Below, in pieces: positions 24,076 to 32,000 of a stretch of DNA of 32,000 nucleotides. The DNA is from Kiritimatiella glycovorans. GTDB taxonomy: Bacteria; Verrucomicrobiota; Kiritimatiellia; Kiritimatiellales; Kiritimatiellaceae. The notes below the pieces were generated by a model. That model ran no database searches, was not told the DNA's origin, and saw nothing but the letters and a program-made list of their open reading frames with translations. The stretch lies in NCBI RefSeq assembly GCF_001017655.1, contig NZ_CP010904.1, positions 870,001-902,000 on the forward strand, in the 5' to 3' direction. The position numbers were made by a program, and so were the translations under genes. The first letter of the stretch is position 1, and each line of letters starts with the position of its first letter.

Positions 24076-25731
24076 ATGGAAGGATCGCGCAGGGTATTTA
24101 TTCAGGGGCTCGCCGCCGGTGTTCCGGCATGGATGGCGAGTCCGGGTTGTGCTGCGGCGGCCGGAAGAAAGCGCCCGAATATCGTATTTATTATGAGCGA
24201 CGATTCGGGGTATTCCGATCCGGGGTTCTGCGGCGGTGAGATCGAAACGCCGAATCTCGACCGGCTGGCGCGGGGCGGAATGAAGTGGACACAGTTCTAC
24301 AACGCTGCGCGCTGCAGCCCGACGCGCGCCGCCGTTATGACCGGTCGCTGGCCGCAGGAGGTCGGCATGGGCGATCTGGCGGGGTTCAAGTTTGACGCGG
24401 GTGTATCGTGTTACCGCGGGATCGTCGATCAGAGCGTGCCGATGATCCCTGAAATTCTCGGCCCCGCGGGCTACCACACGATGATGGCCGGAAAATGGCA
24501 CCTCGGAGGTCAGAAGATCAAAGCCCAGGGCGCCGGCTGGCAGGCGTACTATCCCGGCCGGGAACTCACGCCGGAAATTCGGGAGTTCTACTTCAACGGG
24601 ATGCCGAAACAGCGCGGCTTCGATCGCTTCTTCGGGCTCCTGGGCGGCGAGTGGCATTACTTCGTCAATCCCCCGCCCAACAAACAGTATTACGAGGGCA
24701 ATGAGCTGGCCGTCATCGACGAGCCCCACTGGTACTCGACGCGCGGGTGTACGGACAAGGCTATCGAGTATCTACGTGAGGCGAGGCGGCAGGATGACCG
24801 GCCGTTCTTCCTCTATCTTCCCTACCAGGCGCCGCATCATCCCCTGGAAGCGCCGAAGGCGGTGGTGGAGAAGTACCGCGCTCTCTATTTCAACACCGAC
24901 CCGCATCAGCTTGAAGAACGGCGCGTGGAGCGGATGAAGCGCATGGGGATTCTGCCGGAGGATGCGGACTACACGCCCCGGCTGGCGGGACCCCGCAACG
25001 GGTTTCCTTCTGAAGAGAAGCGCACGGAGTGGCTCGAGCAGGTATGCGTTCATGCAGCGATGCAGGAAGTGATGGATGGCGAGATCGGAAGGGTGGTCGA
25101 AACCCTGCGCGAGATGGGTGAACTCGAACACACCCTGATCTGTTACTGCTCGGACAACGGGGCCGCGGGCAAGATGGGGCACTTGGGCAATACGCCGTTC
25201 CAGGGCTCGAAGGCCCTCCTCTGGGAGGGCGGATCACGGAGCCCCCTGATCGCTCATTGGCCGGGGGTCATTCCTGCGGGGACGACAAATCATACCGCGG
25301 CGTCGGTGCTCGACCTGATGCCCACTTTTCTGGATGCGGCCGGGGTTTCATACCCGGCGTCCTTCCGGGGGAACCGGCTCGATACGCCGCCGGGCCGCAG
25401 CCTCATGCCTGCGTTCCGCGGCGGGAGCGTGGACGCGCCGGAATACCTCCACTGGGACCTCTACGGACAGAAGGCCGTGGTCTACCGGGGGCGTTGGAAG
25501 CTGCTCATCAATCCCGGGTGGTGGGTGCACATCAAGGATAACGAAGAGCCGGTACTCGAACTCTACGATCTCGACCGGGATCCCGCCGAGACGCGCAACC
25601 TCGCTTCCTCGCGCCCCGAACTCGTTGAGCAGCTCCGCAGAGCACAGCGGGCATGGGAAGACCGGTACGAGGTGACCCCCTACGGTGAGGCGATCGAAAA
25701 GGGCCTCGGGCGAAAAGCGGAGTGGAAGTAA
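24076..25731 (+). CDS. Cys-type (formylglycine-dependent) sulfatase with Tat-like signal
   Basis: Start at MEGSRRVFIQGLAAG (ATG 24076, GGGAGGA SD). It has IVFIMSDDSGY and the CSPTRAAVMTGR formylglycine motif, plus a sulfatase C-terminal domain. Confidence 0.9.
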   Translation: MEGSRRVFIQGLAAGVPAWMASPGCAAAAGRKRPNIVFIMSDDSGYSDPGFCGGEIETPNLDRLARGGMKWTQFYNAARCSPTRAAVMTGRWPQEVGMGDLAGFKFDAGVSCYRGIVDQSVPMIPEILGPAGYHTMMAGKWHLGGQKIKAQGAGWQAYYPGRELTPEIREFYFNGMPKQRGFDRFFGLLGGEWHYFVNPPPNKQYYEGNELAVIDEPHWYSTRGCTDKAIEYLREARRQDDRPFFLYLPYQAPHHPLEAPKAVVEKYRALYFNTDPHQLEERRVERMKRMGILPEDADYTPRLAGPRNGFPSEEKRTEWLEQVCVHAAMQEVMDGEIGRVVETLREMGELEHTLICYCSDNGAAGKMGHLGNTPFQGSKALLWEGGSRSPLIAHWPGVIPAGTTNHTAASVLDLMPTFLDAAGVSYPASFRGNRLDTPPGRSLMPAFRGGSVDAPEYLHWDLYGQKAVVYRGRWKLLINPGWWVHIKDNEEPVLELYDLDRDPAETRNLASSRPELVEQLRRAQRAWEDRYEVTPYGEAIEKGLGRKAEWK

Positions 25732-25754
25732 ATAAATCGAGTGAGAGACCCGAG

Positions 25755-25788
25755 CAGGAGATGAAGCCTGTCCCCGCAGTCAGTTTTC
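25755..25788. repeat. 34-bp perfect direct repeat, copy 1
   Basis: CAGGAGATGAAGCCTGTCCCCGCAGTCAGTTTTC, 24 nt after the sulfatase stop and identical to 26116-26149. Confidence 0.95.
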
Positions 25789-25982
25789 CTGACTTCAACA
25801 TTGCCCGAAGAAGCGCTCGAATCCCCCTGTGAACATTGAAGTGAGTTTTGAATCAGGGTGTCCCGGCGGAAAAAGGGTTATTCGTGGATTTTTATGGAAG
25901 GGTTCCCGGGAAAGGTGGGATGCGGCAGATCGGAGGGGAGAGAGAACCATGAAGAACATGAAGGTTGGTTGAGGAGGGGGAC

Positions 25983-26089
25983 ATATACTCGTACTCGTAC
26001 GCGTACTCGGAGCGCCGAAGGCGCGATCCCATCCATCGATTCAAGGAATTCGAGTACGAGTACCGCTTCGCTGAGTACGAGTACGATAT
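25983..26089. other. About 107-nt extended imperfect hairpin built from inverted hexamer arrays (GTACTC)n / (GAGTAC)n
   Basis: The left array ATATACTCGTACTCGTACGCGTACTCGG (25983-26010) pairs with CGAGTACGAGTACCGC (26051-26066) and GAGTACGAGTACGATAT (26073-26089). The apical region includes the GC hairpin GCGCC-GAA-GGCGC (26012-26024). Confidence 0.6.
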
Positions 26090-26115
26090 TCCCCCGGGTG
26101 TCCCCATGTTGAACT

Positions 26116-26149
26116 CAGGAGATGAAGCCTGTCCCCGCAGTCAGTTTTC
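26116..26149. repeat. 34-bp perfect direct repeat, copy 2
   Basis: Identical to 25755-25788; ends 18 nt before the clpB stop codon. Confidence 0.95.
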
Positions 26150-26167
26150 AGGTCTCACACTCAGGTC

Positions 26168-28831
26168 TCAGCTGTCTCTCTCAGTACCGTCTCTTTCGCC
26201 GCTCCGGAACGTGAGTACATCCCGTTCGATATCGGCGCACACAGTCGAGTCCTCCCGGATGTCGCCGGCGATCAGGCTGCGTGCGAGTTTGGTCTCGAAT
26301 TCGCGCTGAATGAGCCGCTTGAGAGGCCGGGCCCCGTATACCGGATCATAGCCTTCGCGGGCCAGATGCTTACGCGCCTCCCCGGTCACCTGCAGGTCGA
26401 TCTTGCGGTCGCTGAGCCGAGCGAGAAGCTCGTCGATCTGCAGATCCACGATCCGCTCAATCTCCGGCTCGCTCAACGGGGTGAACAGGACGGTCTCATC
26501 GAGACGGTTGAGGAATTCGGGCCTGAAGTGTCCCCGGACCATCGTCATCACCTGCTCGCGGGTGCTCTCGTCGAGTACCGTGACGGGCGACGGTGCGGCT
26601 TCGCCTTCACTTTCCCGTTCGAGTCCTTCGAGGATCGCCGTCGATCCCAGGTTGCTGGTCATGATCAGGATCGTGTTCTTGAAGTCGACGGTATGTCCGT
26701 GGGCGTCGGTCAGGCGGCCCTCATCCATGATCTGCAGCAGGATATTGAAGACGTCATGGTGTGCCTTCTCGATCTCGTCGAGCAGGATCACGCTGTAGGG
26801 CTTGCGGCGGACGGCCTCGGTGAGCTGGCCTCCCTCCTCGTATCCGACGTAGCCCGGCGGCGCGCCGACCAGTCTCGATACGGTGTGCCGCTCCATGTAC
26901 TCGCTCATGTCGAGACGCACCATCTGCTCCTCGGAATCGAAGAGCGCCTCGGCGAGGCTGCGGGCGAGTTCCGTCTTGCCCACGCCCGTGGGACCGAGGA
27001 AGAGGAACGCGCCGATCGGACGGCGGGGATCCTTGACCCCCGCGCGGGCGCGGATGACGGCGTCGGAGACGACCTTGACCGCCTCGTCCTGCCCGACGAC
27101 CCGGTGGTGAAGGACGTCCTCCAGCTTCAGCAGCTTCTCGCGCTCGCCTTCGAGCAGGCGTGTCAGCGGGATGCCGCTCCAGCGCGAGACGACCTCCGCG
27201 ATCTCTTCCTCGGTGACCTCCTCGCGCAGCAGCGGGAGCTGATCCCGGCCGTCTTTCATCCGCTCCTCACACTCGGCGAGCTGTCTTTCGAGTTCCGGAA
27301 GGGTGCCGTGGCGCAGCTCGGCGACACGCTCAAGGTTGTACTCGCGCTCGGCCTCCTCGGCGCGGTGGCGTGCGGCTTCCAGCGCCTCGCGCAGCTCGCG
27401 GACGCGGTCGAGCTCCTGTTTCTCGTTCTCCCAGCGCGCCCGCATCTCGTCGGCCTTTGCCCGCAGATCCGCCAGCTCCTGCTGCAGCTTTTCGAGGCGT
27501 TCCTTCGACGCCGGGTCGCTCTCTTTCCTGAGCGCCGTCTCCTCGATTTCCAGCCGCATTACCTGCCGCGTAATGTCGTCGAGTTCGGCCGGCATCGAGT
27601 CGATCTCGGTACGTATCGAGGCGCACGCCTCGTCCATCAGGTCAATCGCCTTGTCCGGCAGAAACCGGTCGGTGATATAGCGGTCGGACAGGGTGGCGGC
27701 GGAGACGAGTGCGGCATCCTGAATGCGCACGCCGTGATGCAGCTCGAACCGCTCGCGGAGACCGCGCAGGATCGCCAGTGTATCGTCGACCGAAGGGGCG
27801 TCGACCAGCACGGGCTGGAACCGCCGCTCCAGCGCGGCGTCCTTCTCGATATGGCGGCGGTGTTCGTCGAGCGTCGTCGCGCCGATGCAGTGCAGTTCGC
27901 CGCGCGCGAGCATGGGCTTGAGGATGTTGCCTGCGTCGGTGGAGCCCTCCGTGCGGCCCGCTCCGACGATGTTGTGTACCTCGTCGATGAAGAGAATGAT
28001 GTTCCCCTCGGATTCCCTGATCTCGTTCAGTACGGCTTTCAGCCGCTCCTCGAATTCGCCGCGGTACTTCGCCCCGGCCATGAGCGAGGTGAGATCGAGC
28101 GCGAAGATCGTCTTCTCGCGAAGCCCCTCGGGCACGTCGCCGCGCACGATCCGGTGCGCGAGCCCTTCGACGATCGCCGTCTTGCCGACTCCGGGATCGC
28201 CGATCAGCACGGGATTGTTCTTCGTCTTGCGCGAGAGGATGCGGATCACCGAACGGATCTCCGCATCGCGCCCGATGACCGGATCGAGCTTCCCGGAACG
28301 CGCCATGGCCACGAGATCGGTGCCGTACTTTTCCAGCGCCTCGTACTGGCCCTCGGGGTTGTCGCTGGTCACGCGCTGATGGCCGCGGATCGACTGCAGC
28401 GCGTCGAGCAGCCCGTTGCGCGTGATACCCTGTTCGTCGAACAGCTTCCCCGCCGCGGTGTCACGACCCTCGTCCGCGAACGCGAGAAGAAAGTGTTCCA
28501 CCGAGATATACTCGTCGTTCAGCTTTTTCGCCTCCTCCGAAGCCGCGGCAAGCAGCCTGTTCATCCGCTGCGTGATGTAGACCTTGCCCGCCTCCTGCGA
28601 AGCGTTCGACGCGGAGGCCCTGCCGCCGAGATCTTCTTCGAGCCGCGCGAGCAGCGTCGGTACGGAAAGCTCCATCCGCTCCATGATGCGCGGCGCCAGG
28701 CCTTCCTCCTGCTTGAGCATTGCATGCAGCACATGCTCGCCGTCGAGTTCCGTGTGTCCCCGGCGCGCCGCCTCCGCCTGCGCAAACTGAAACGCTTCCC
28801 TTACCTTCTGCGTGGTCCTGTTCATGTCCAT
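26168..28831 (-). CDS. clpB: ATP-dependent chaperone/disaggregase ClpB
   Basis: It has a Clp N-domain, two AAA+ modules (Walker A GDPGVGKT and GPTGVGKT) and a long coiled-coil M-domain between them. Start is chosen at MDMNRTTQK (ATG 28831), preceded by GGAGGAAG. The ORF track extends to 28888. Confidence 0.97.
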   Translation of the reverse strand: MDMNRTTQKVREAFQFAQAEAARRGHTELDGEHVLHAMLKQEEGLAPRIMERMELSVPTLLARLEEDLGGRASASNASQEAGKVYITQRMNRLLAAASEEAKKLNDEYISVEHFLLAFADEGRDTAAGKLFDEQGITRNGLLDALQSIRGHQRVTSDNPEGQYEALEKYGTDLVAMARSGKLDPVIGRDAEIRSVIRILSRKTKNNPVLIGDPGVGKTAIVEGLAHRIVRGDVPEGLREKTIFALDLTSLMAGAKYRGEFEERLKAVLNEIRESEGNIILFIDEVHNIVGAGRTEGSTDAGNILKPMLARGELHCIGATTLDEHRRHIEKDAALERRFQPVLVDAPSVDDTLAILRGLRERFELHHGVRIQDAALVSAATLSDRYITDRFLPDKAIDLMDEACASIRTEIDSMPAELDDITRQVMRLEIEETALRKESDPASKERLEKLQQELADLRAKADEMRARWENEKQELDRVRELREALEAARHRAEEAEREYNLERVAELRHGTLPELERQLAECEERMKDGRDQLPLLREEVTEEEIAEVVSRWSGIPLTRLLEGEREKLLKLEDVLHHRVVGQDEAVKVVSDAVIRARAGVKDPRRPIGAFLFLGPTGVGKTELARSLAEALFDSEEQMVRLDMSEYMERHTVSRLVGAPPGYVGYEEGGQLTEAVRRKPYSVILLDEIEKAHHDVFNILLQIMDEGRLTDAHGHTVDFKNTILIMTSNLGSTAILEGLERESEGEAAPSPVTVLDESTREQVMTMVRGHFRPEFLNRLDETVLFTPLSEPEIERIVDLQIDELLARLSDRKIDLQVTGEARKHLAREGYDPVYGARPLKRLIQREFETKLARSLIAGDIREDSTVCADIERDVLTFRSGERDGTERDS

Positions 28832-29159
28832 GTCGCGTCTTCCTCCATAAAATCGTTCCGTTGTACCCACCTTAGAAGCAACGGGCATGCCATATGTTCA
28901 AAGCAGTTGTGATAATATCGTAAAAGTTTCACAATGAATAAGATGCGAATCGAAATCTTTTTTATGAAAGTGACATAAGGGCGCGTTCAAAATATCCGGA
29001 AAGGGTAATAATGGCTCAGTCAGGTTGTCTGTAGCTATTTGCGGGAAAGAGAACATCCGGTCCCTCACCCCAAAAATACACGAATAACCGTTGACATAAG
29101 CCGCGGATTGCGCACCATGCTCTGCTTTTGACGCGAAGCAATCAGGAGCGATTTGCATT

Positions 29160-29426
29160 ATGCCGAATTTGAAGGGTGCCAAAAAGCGGATGCGTTCTTC
29201 CCTGCGGAAGCGGGAGCAGAACAAGGGCGTGAGCAGCAAGGTGAAGACGTTGCGCCGCGAGGCGATGGAGACGCTTGAGTCCGGTACGGATGAGAAGCGT
29301 GACGAGGTTTACCGCGCGTACTGTTCCGCGCTCGACCGGGCCGCCAAGAAGGGCGTCATCAAGAAGAACACCGCTTCGAGGCGCAAGCGCCGCATGGCTG
29401 AACGGATTCGGCGGGTCGGCGCGTAA
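29160..29426 (+). CDS. rpsT: 30S ribosomal protein S20
   Basis: 88-aa basic ORF, MPNLKGAKKRMRSSLRKREQNKGVSSKVKT..., typical bS20. Confidence 0.95.
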   Translation: MPNLKGAKKRMRSSLRKREQNKGVSSKVKTLRREAMETLESGTDEKRDEVYRAYCSALDRAAKKGVIKKNTASRRKRRMAERIRRVGA

Positions 29427-29439
29427 CCGCGGATCCGAT

Positions 29440-29458
29440 ACGGGCTTTGGCCCGTTTG
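29440..29458 (+). terminator. Possible intrinsic terminator after rpsT
   Basis: ACGGGC-TTTG-GCCCGT hairpin followed by TTT, 14 nt after the rpsT stop, between convergent genes. Confidence 0.45.
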
Positions 29459-29495
29459 AAGAGTCTCCCGGACGATCGTTCCGATCGCGGTGGGA

Positions 29496-30053
29496 TTACC
29501 ACCGTTCGACGACGGCGTCGATGATGTTCTCCGCAAGATCCTGCGCGGCCGGTATCAGTCCGATGCGTTTGGAGGAGGGCAGATCGATCCCGCCTAGGGG
29601 GGCGTTCACAAAGAAATCGCTCTCGCCGAGCACCCCGGCACGTTCGGCAATCACGGCGCCGCTTTCCGTACGGCGCAGCGTGACATCCGCCCGGATCTTC
29701 ATCCGGTACTCGCGCGTCCGGGCCTCCTCGACGTCCTCGTAGGCGAGAGGCTGCAGGCGGTAGTCCCGCAATACGATTTCGAGTCGAGCATCGGCGCCGG
29801 ACTCGGAGGCCAGCGCGAAGGTCCCGTCCTGTTGCAGTTCGCGGGTGATTTCGTGCATAATCCGTGACTCGATCATCGGTTCCCCGCTGCGATTCACCGG
29901 GGGTGCTATGTAGACGGTCTTGACGCCTTCGGGGGGGCGGGTTCCCACCTGGTACCCCGCGCATCCGCTGAACAGGGCGGAGGCGGCCGCCAGCAGGACG
30001 AGGCCGATCCCTGCAATAACGTGCTTATTGGGGCGTTTCGGGCTTGTCATCAT
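29496..30053 (-). CDS. LptE-like outer-membrane lipoprotein
   Basis: 185-aa ORF with a lipobox (LFSGC). Size and pattern resemble LptE (VYIAPPVNRSGEP..., REYRMKIRADVTL). It sits directly downstream of the BamD-like gene, overlapping it by 29 nt. Confidence 0.5.
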   Translation of the reverse strand: MMTSPKRPNKHVIAGIGLVLLAAASALFSGCAGYQVGTRPPEGVKTVYIAPPVNRSGEPMIESRIMHEITRELQQDGTFALASESGADARLEIVLRDYRLQPLAYEDVEEARTREYRMKIRADVTLRRTESGAVIAERAGVLGESDFFVNAPLGGIDLPSSKRIGLIPAAQDLAENIIDAVVERW

Positions 30054-31011
30054 CGGCCTCCAGTTCAGCGATCCGCTTCCGGGCGTCTTCCGCCCGTTCC
30101 AGGTTGGGAAACTCGTCCAGCAGGCGGCGGTAATAGATCAGTGCGGAATCCGGCTGATGGGAGATCTTATCATAGAACACCGCCCGCTCATACAGTGCTT
30201 CGGCCCGGGCTTCCGTCAATTCCGCGCGCAGTTCGCGGACTTCGTCGGCGTGACCGGATTGCGGATAGGTTTCGACGAACATCCGGCAGGCTGTGAGCGC
30301 TTTTTCTCGCAGACCGCTGCTGTAAGGGGTTTCACGGCTCAGGTTCACGAGCGTGTGCACCCGTCGGTAGGCCGCCTTCTCCGCGTACTCGGATCGGGGA
30401 TAGCGGTATTCCGTTTTGGCGTAGGCGGCGATCGCCTCTTCCGGCTTGTTCTGTCCCTCGTGGATTTTTCCGATCATGAACTGCGCCTCCGGCGCGCGGT
30501 CCCAGTTCGGTCCGTACTTGAGAATCGCCTCCAGTGCGGGGAGGGCCGCCTCCGGAGTCTTGAACCCGCCGAAGACCCAGTTGAATCGGCGGCGATTCCC
30601 GGCGTCCGTCGCCAGCTCGAAAAGCGACTGGAGCGCGTTCTCGGTGGAAATCTGGTTCCCATATTCCCTGAGCAGTTCGACGTATTCCTCCCGGGCGCGG
30701 CGTTTCTTGCCTTGTTCGCGGAGAAGGTCGGCGCGAAACTGCTGCGCGCGGGCCGCATAAGGACTCGCGGGCCATTTTTTCGCGATCAGGGAGTAGAGTT
30801 TCAGCGCCCGGCCGGTCTGCCCGTTCTCGCGGGCCTGCTGCGCCTGTCCCCAGACTTCGCCGGGTTCTTGGCCCCCTCCGGTGAAGGGTATGCCCGGCAG
30901 GGTGAATGCAAGCACGCCACCTCCCTGGGAGCCCGCGGTAACCGGGACACCGGAGAAGCACAGAAGGCAGGCGAGCGAACACAGCGATAAAAGAAAATGT
31001 CGAGTAATCAT
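30025..31011 (-). CDS. TPR-repeat outer-membrane assembly lipoprotein, BamD/YfiO-like
   Basis: 328-aa ORF with a signal sequence (MITRHFLLSLCSLACLLCFSG) and repeated TPR-like helices with YP-S-YA motifs (KWPASPYAARAQ, RYPRSEYAEKAAY, TYPQSGHADEV, EFPNLERAEDA). Confidence 0.5.
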   Translation of the reverse strand: MITRHFLLSLCSLACLLCFSGVPVTAGSQGGGVLAFTLPGIPFTGGGQEPGEVWGQAQQARENGQTGRALKLYSLIAKKWPASPYAARAQQFRADLLREQGKKRRAREEYVELLREYGNQISTENALQSLFELATDAGNRRRFNWVFGGFKTPEAALPALEAILKYGPNWDRAPEAQFMIGKIHEGQNKPEEAIAAYAKTEYRYPRSEYAEKAAYRRVHTLVNLSRETPYSSGLREKALTACRMFVETYPQSGHADEVRELRAELTEARAEALYERAVFYDKISHQPDSALIYYRRLLDEFPNLERAEDARKRIAELEADDDKPETPQ

Positions 31012-31189
31012 GGTCGACCCAGCGTAGTAAGGCCCGCCGCAGGGGTCAAGTTTGTTTGTCGTTGCACGAAAGGCTCTGATCTAATAAACGGATAAAAGAT
31101 TGCTTCCCGGTTTTGCCTTGTGTTTCATGAAGAAAATCAGGTGCCCTAATAAGGGTGCGGCTATCTTAGAAAAGTCAGGGGGGTACACC

Positions 31190-32000
31190 ATGCATTCCAT
31201 AAACCGACGGGAGTTTATCACACGGACCGGCGCCGCGGGGGCGGGGCTCTGGGCTCTGGGGAGCGAAGCGGCCGCGCAGCGGCGTGCCGGCTCAAAACCG
31301 AATATTGTCCTGATCTACGCCGACGATCTCGGCTGGGGTGATGTGAGCTGCTATGCGGCCCGGGACTTTCAGACCCCGCACATCGACTCGATTGCGCGGC
31401 GCGGGGCGAAATTTTTCGAGGGCTACTCCACCTGCCCGATCTGCGGGCCAAGCCGGGCGGCTCTGATGTCCGGGCGCTACCAGCAGCGCTTCGGATTCGA
31501 GACGAATCCGACGCCGGGATACGTGGCCTGGGACGAGGATCTCGGGCTGCCCACCGATGTCGAGATCATGCCGGAGATGCTCAAGCGGGCCGGGTACGCC
31601 ACGGGCTGTGTCGGCAAGTGGCACCTCGGAATCCGGCCGCGATTTCACCCCAACAACCGCGGCTTCGACTACTTCTACGGCTTCGCCGGCGGGATGCATT
31701 CCTACTACATGAAGCACGACTTCTGGTATAACTGGGGCAATGAAATCGAGGAGAACGGGGAACCGGTCGATTCCTGGGATTATTTATCGGACGAGTTCGC
31801 CCGCCGGGGCGACGAGTTCATCCGGCGCCATCGCGACGGACCGTTTTTCCTCTACCTCGCGTTCAACGCGCCGCACGGGCCCATCCAGGCGACGCAGAAG
31901 TATCTCGACCGCGCCGCGAAACTCGACGAGGACGCCCGCCGCGAATACGCCGCAGTGATGTTCGGGCTCGACGAGGGGGTGGGGCGCATCCTCGATACCC
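31190..32000 (+). CDS. Cys-type sulfatase with Tat-like signal; 3' end outside the window
   Basis: Hand-translated frame open from ATG 31190 to the window end: MHSINRREFITRTGAAGAGLWALG..., IVLIYADDLGWGD, CPICGPSRAALMSGR, GKWHLG. It is absent from the ORF track because it has no stop in the window. Confidence 0.9.
   Translation, partial: MHSINRREFITRTGAAGAGLWALGSEAAAQRRAGSKPNIVLIYADDLGWGDVSCYAARDFQTPHIDSIARRGAKFFEGYSTCPICGPSRAALMSGRYQQRFGFETNPTPGYVAWDEDLGLPTDVEIMPEMLKRAGYATGCVGKWHLGIRPRFHPNNRGFDYFYGFAGGMHSYYMKHDFWYNWGNEIEENGEPVDSWDYLSDEFARRGDEFIRRHRDGPFFLYLAFNAPHGPIQATQKYLDRAAKLDEDARREYAAVMFGLDEGVGRILDT

Noticed and set aside
25761-26214. Two mini-ORFs starting inside the 34-bp repeats and sharing MKPVPAVSF.
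   Set aside because: AGGAG abuts the ATG with no spacer. The sequences diverge immediately after the repeat, and the second runs antisense into clpB. They are most likely incidental to a DNA-level repeat.
25965-26309. 114-aa ORF encoding Tyr-rich repeats (YSYSYAYSE...EFEYEYRFAEYEYD), considered as a possible RiPP precursor or repeat protein.
   Set aside because: It has a TTG start with no proper spacing to an SD, and it runs into the clpB 3' end. The mirror-image peptide repeats are a direct consequence of the inverted DNA hexamer arrays. No maturase or transporter genes are adjacent.
26366-28912. 848-aa ORF antisense to almost the whole of clpB. Similar long antisense ORFs lie opposite acnA (6554..8644), glmS (11228..13171), the purF-like gene (9508..10791) and cysE (4033..5301).
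   Set aside because: Their translations are Arg/Ala/Gly/His-rich with no recognisable motifs. The sense-strand genes are unambiguous. High GC3 codon bias depletes stop codons on the opposite strand, so such shadow ORFs are expected in GC-rich genomes.
28832-29159. CIRCE/HrcA operator or a sigma32 promoter upstream of clpB, and a canonical sigma70 promoter for rpsT (TTGACA at 29091).
   Set aside because: There is no TTAGCACTC-N9-GAGTGCTAA and no CTTGAAA / CCCCATnT pair at plausible spacing. The TTGACA has no acceptable -10 hexamer at 17 nt spacing. Only a generic AT-rich promoter region can be claimed.

Overview
High-GC window (roughly two-thirds G+C by eye), almost entirely ordinary chromosomal housekeeping genes. 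Taxon is an inference only: a PVC-type bacterium (Kiritimatiellota, Verrucomicrobiota or Lentisphaerota-like). This rests on Tat-signal Cys-type sulfatases, a GFTLVELLVVIAIIGILASIL prepilin-like protein and a giant GspK-like protein. Gene order: htrA (5' partial), NifU-like, APC permease-USP fusion, cysE, tRNA-Pro(GGG), four-helix-bundle protein, acnA, PurF-like, tRNA-Arg(CCG), glmS, prepilin-like protein, tRNA-Arg(UCU), GspK-like protein, pcm, marR-tolC-MFP-RND efflux operon, sulfatase, clpB, rpsT, LptE-like and BamD-like lipoproteins, and a second sulfatase (3' partial). I found no convincing novel multi-gene protein system: no defence-island, CRISPR, retroelement, toxin-antitoxin or biosynthetic cluster signature. 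The unexplained signal is non-coding and repeat-level. (1) A 592-bp element sits exactly in frame inside the four-helix-bundle gene. It is bounded by an 8-bp direct repeat and about 25-32-bp inverted termini, and it carries a near-perfect 72-bp x 6.5 tandem satellite. (2) A 144-bp cloverleaf-folding palindromic element with 19-bp inverted termini and 9-bp flanking direct repeats lies between tRNA-Arg(CCG) and the purF-like gene. (3) A visibly AT-richer 327-bp segment between sulfatase and clpB is bracketed by perfect 34-bp direct repeats and contains a long hairpin built from inverted hexamer arrays. Also noted: a PurF-like enzyme with Ser in place of the Cys1 nucleophile, a terminator whose 3' arm is the glmS Shine-Dalgarno, and a roughly 690-bp low-coding region holding a possible small membrane ORF with a synonymously varied (LGF)n repeat. 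CDS coordinates are anchored on the supplied ORF track. Hand-derived coordinates for RNAs and repeats could be off by 1-2 nt.
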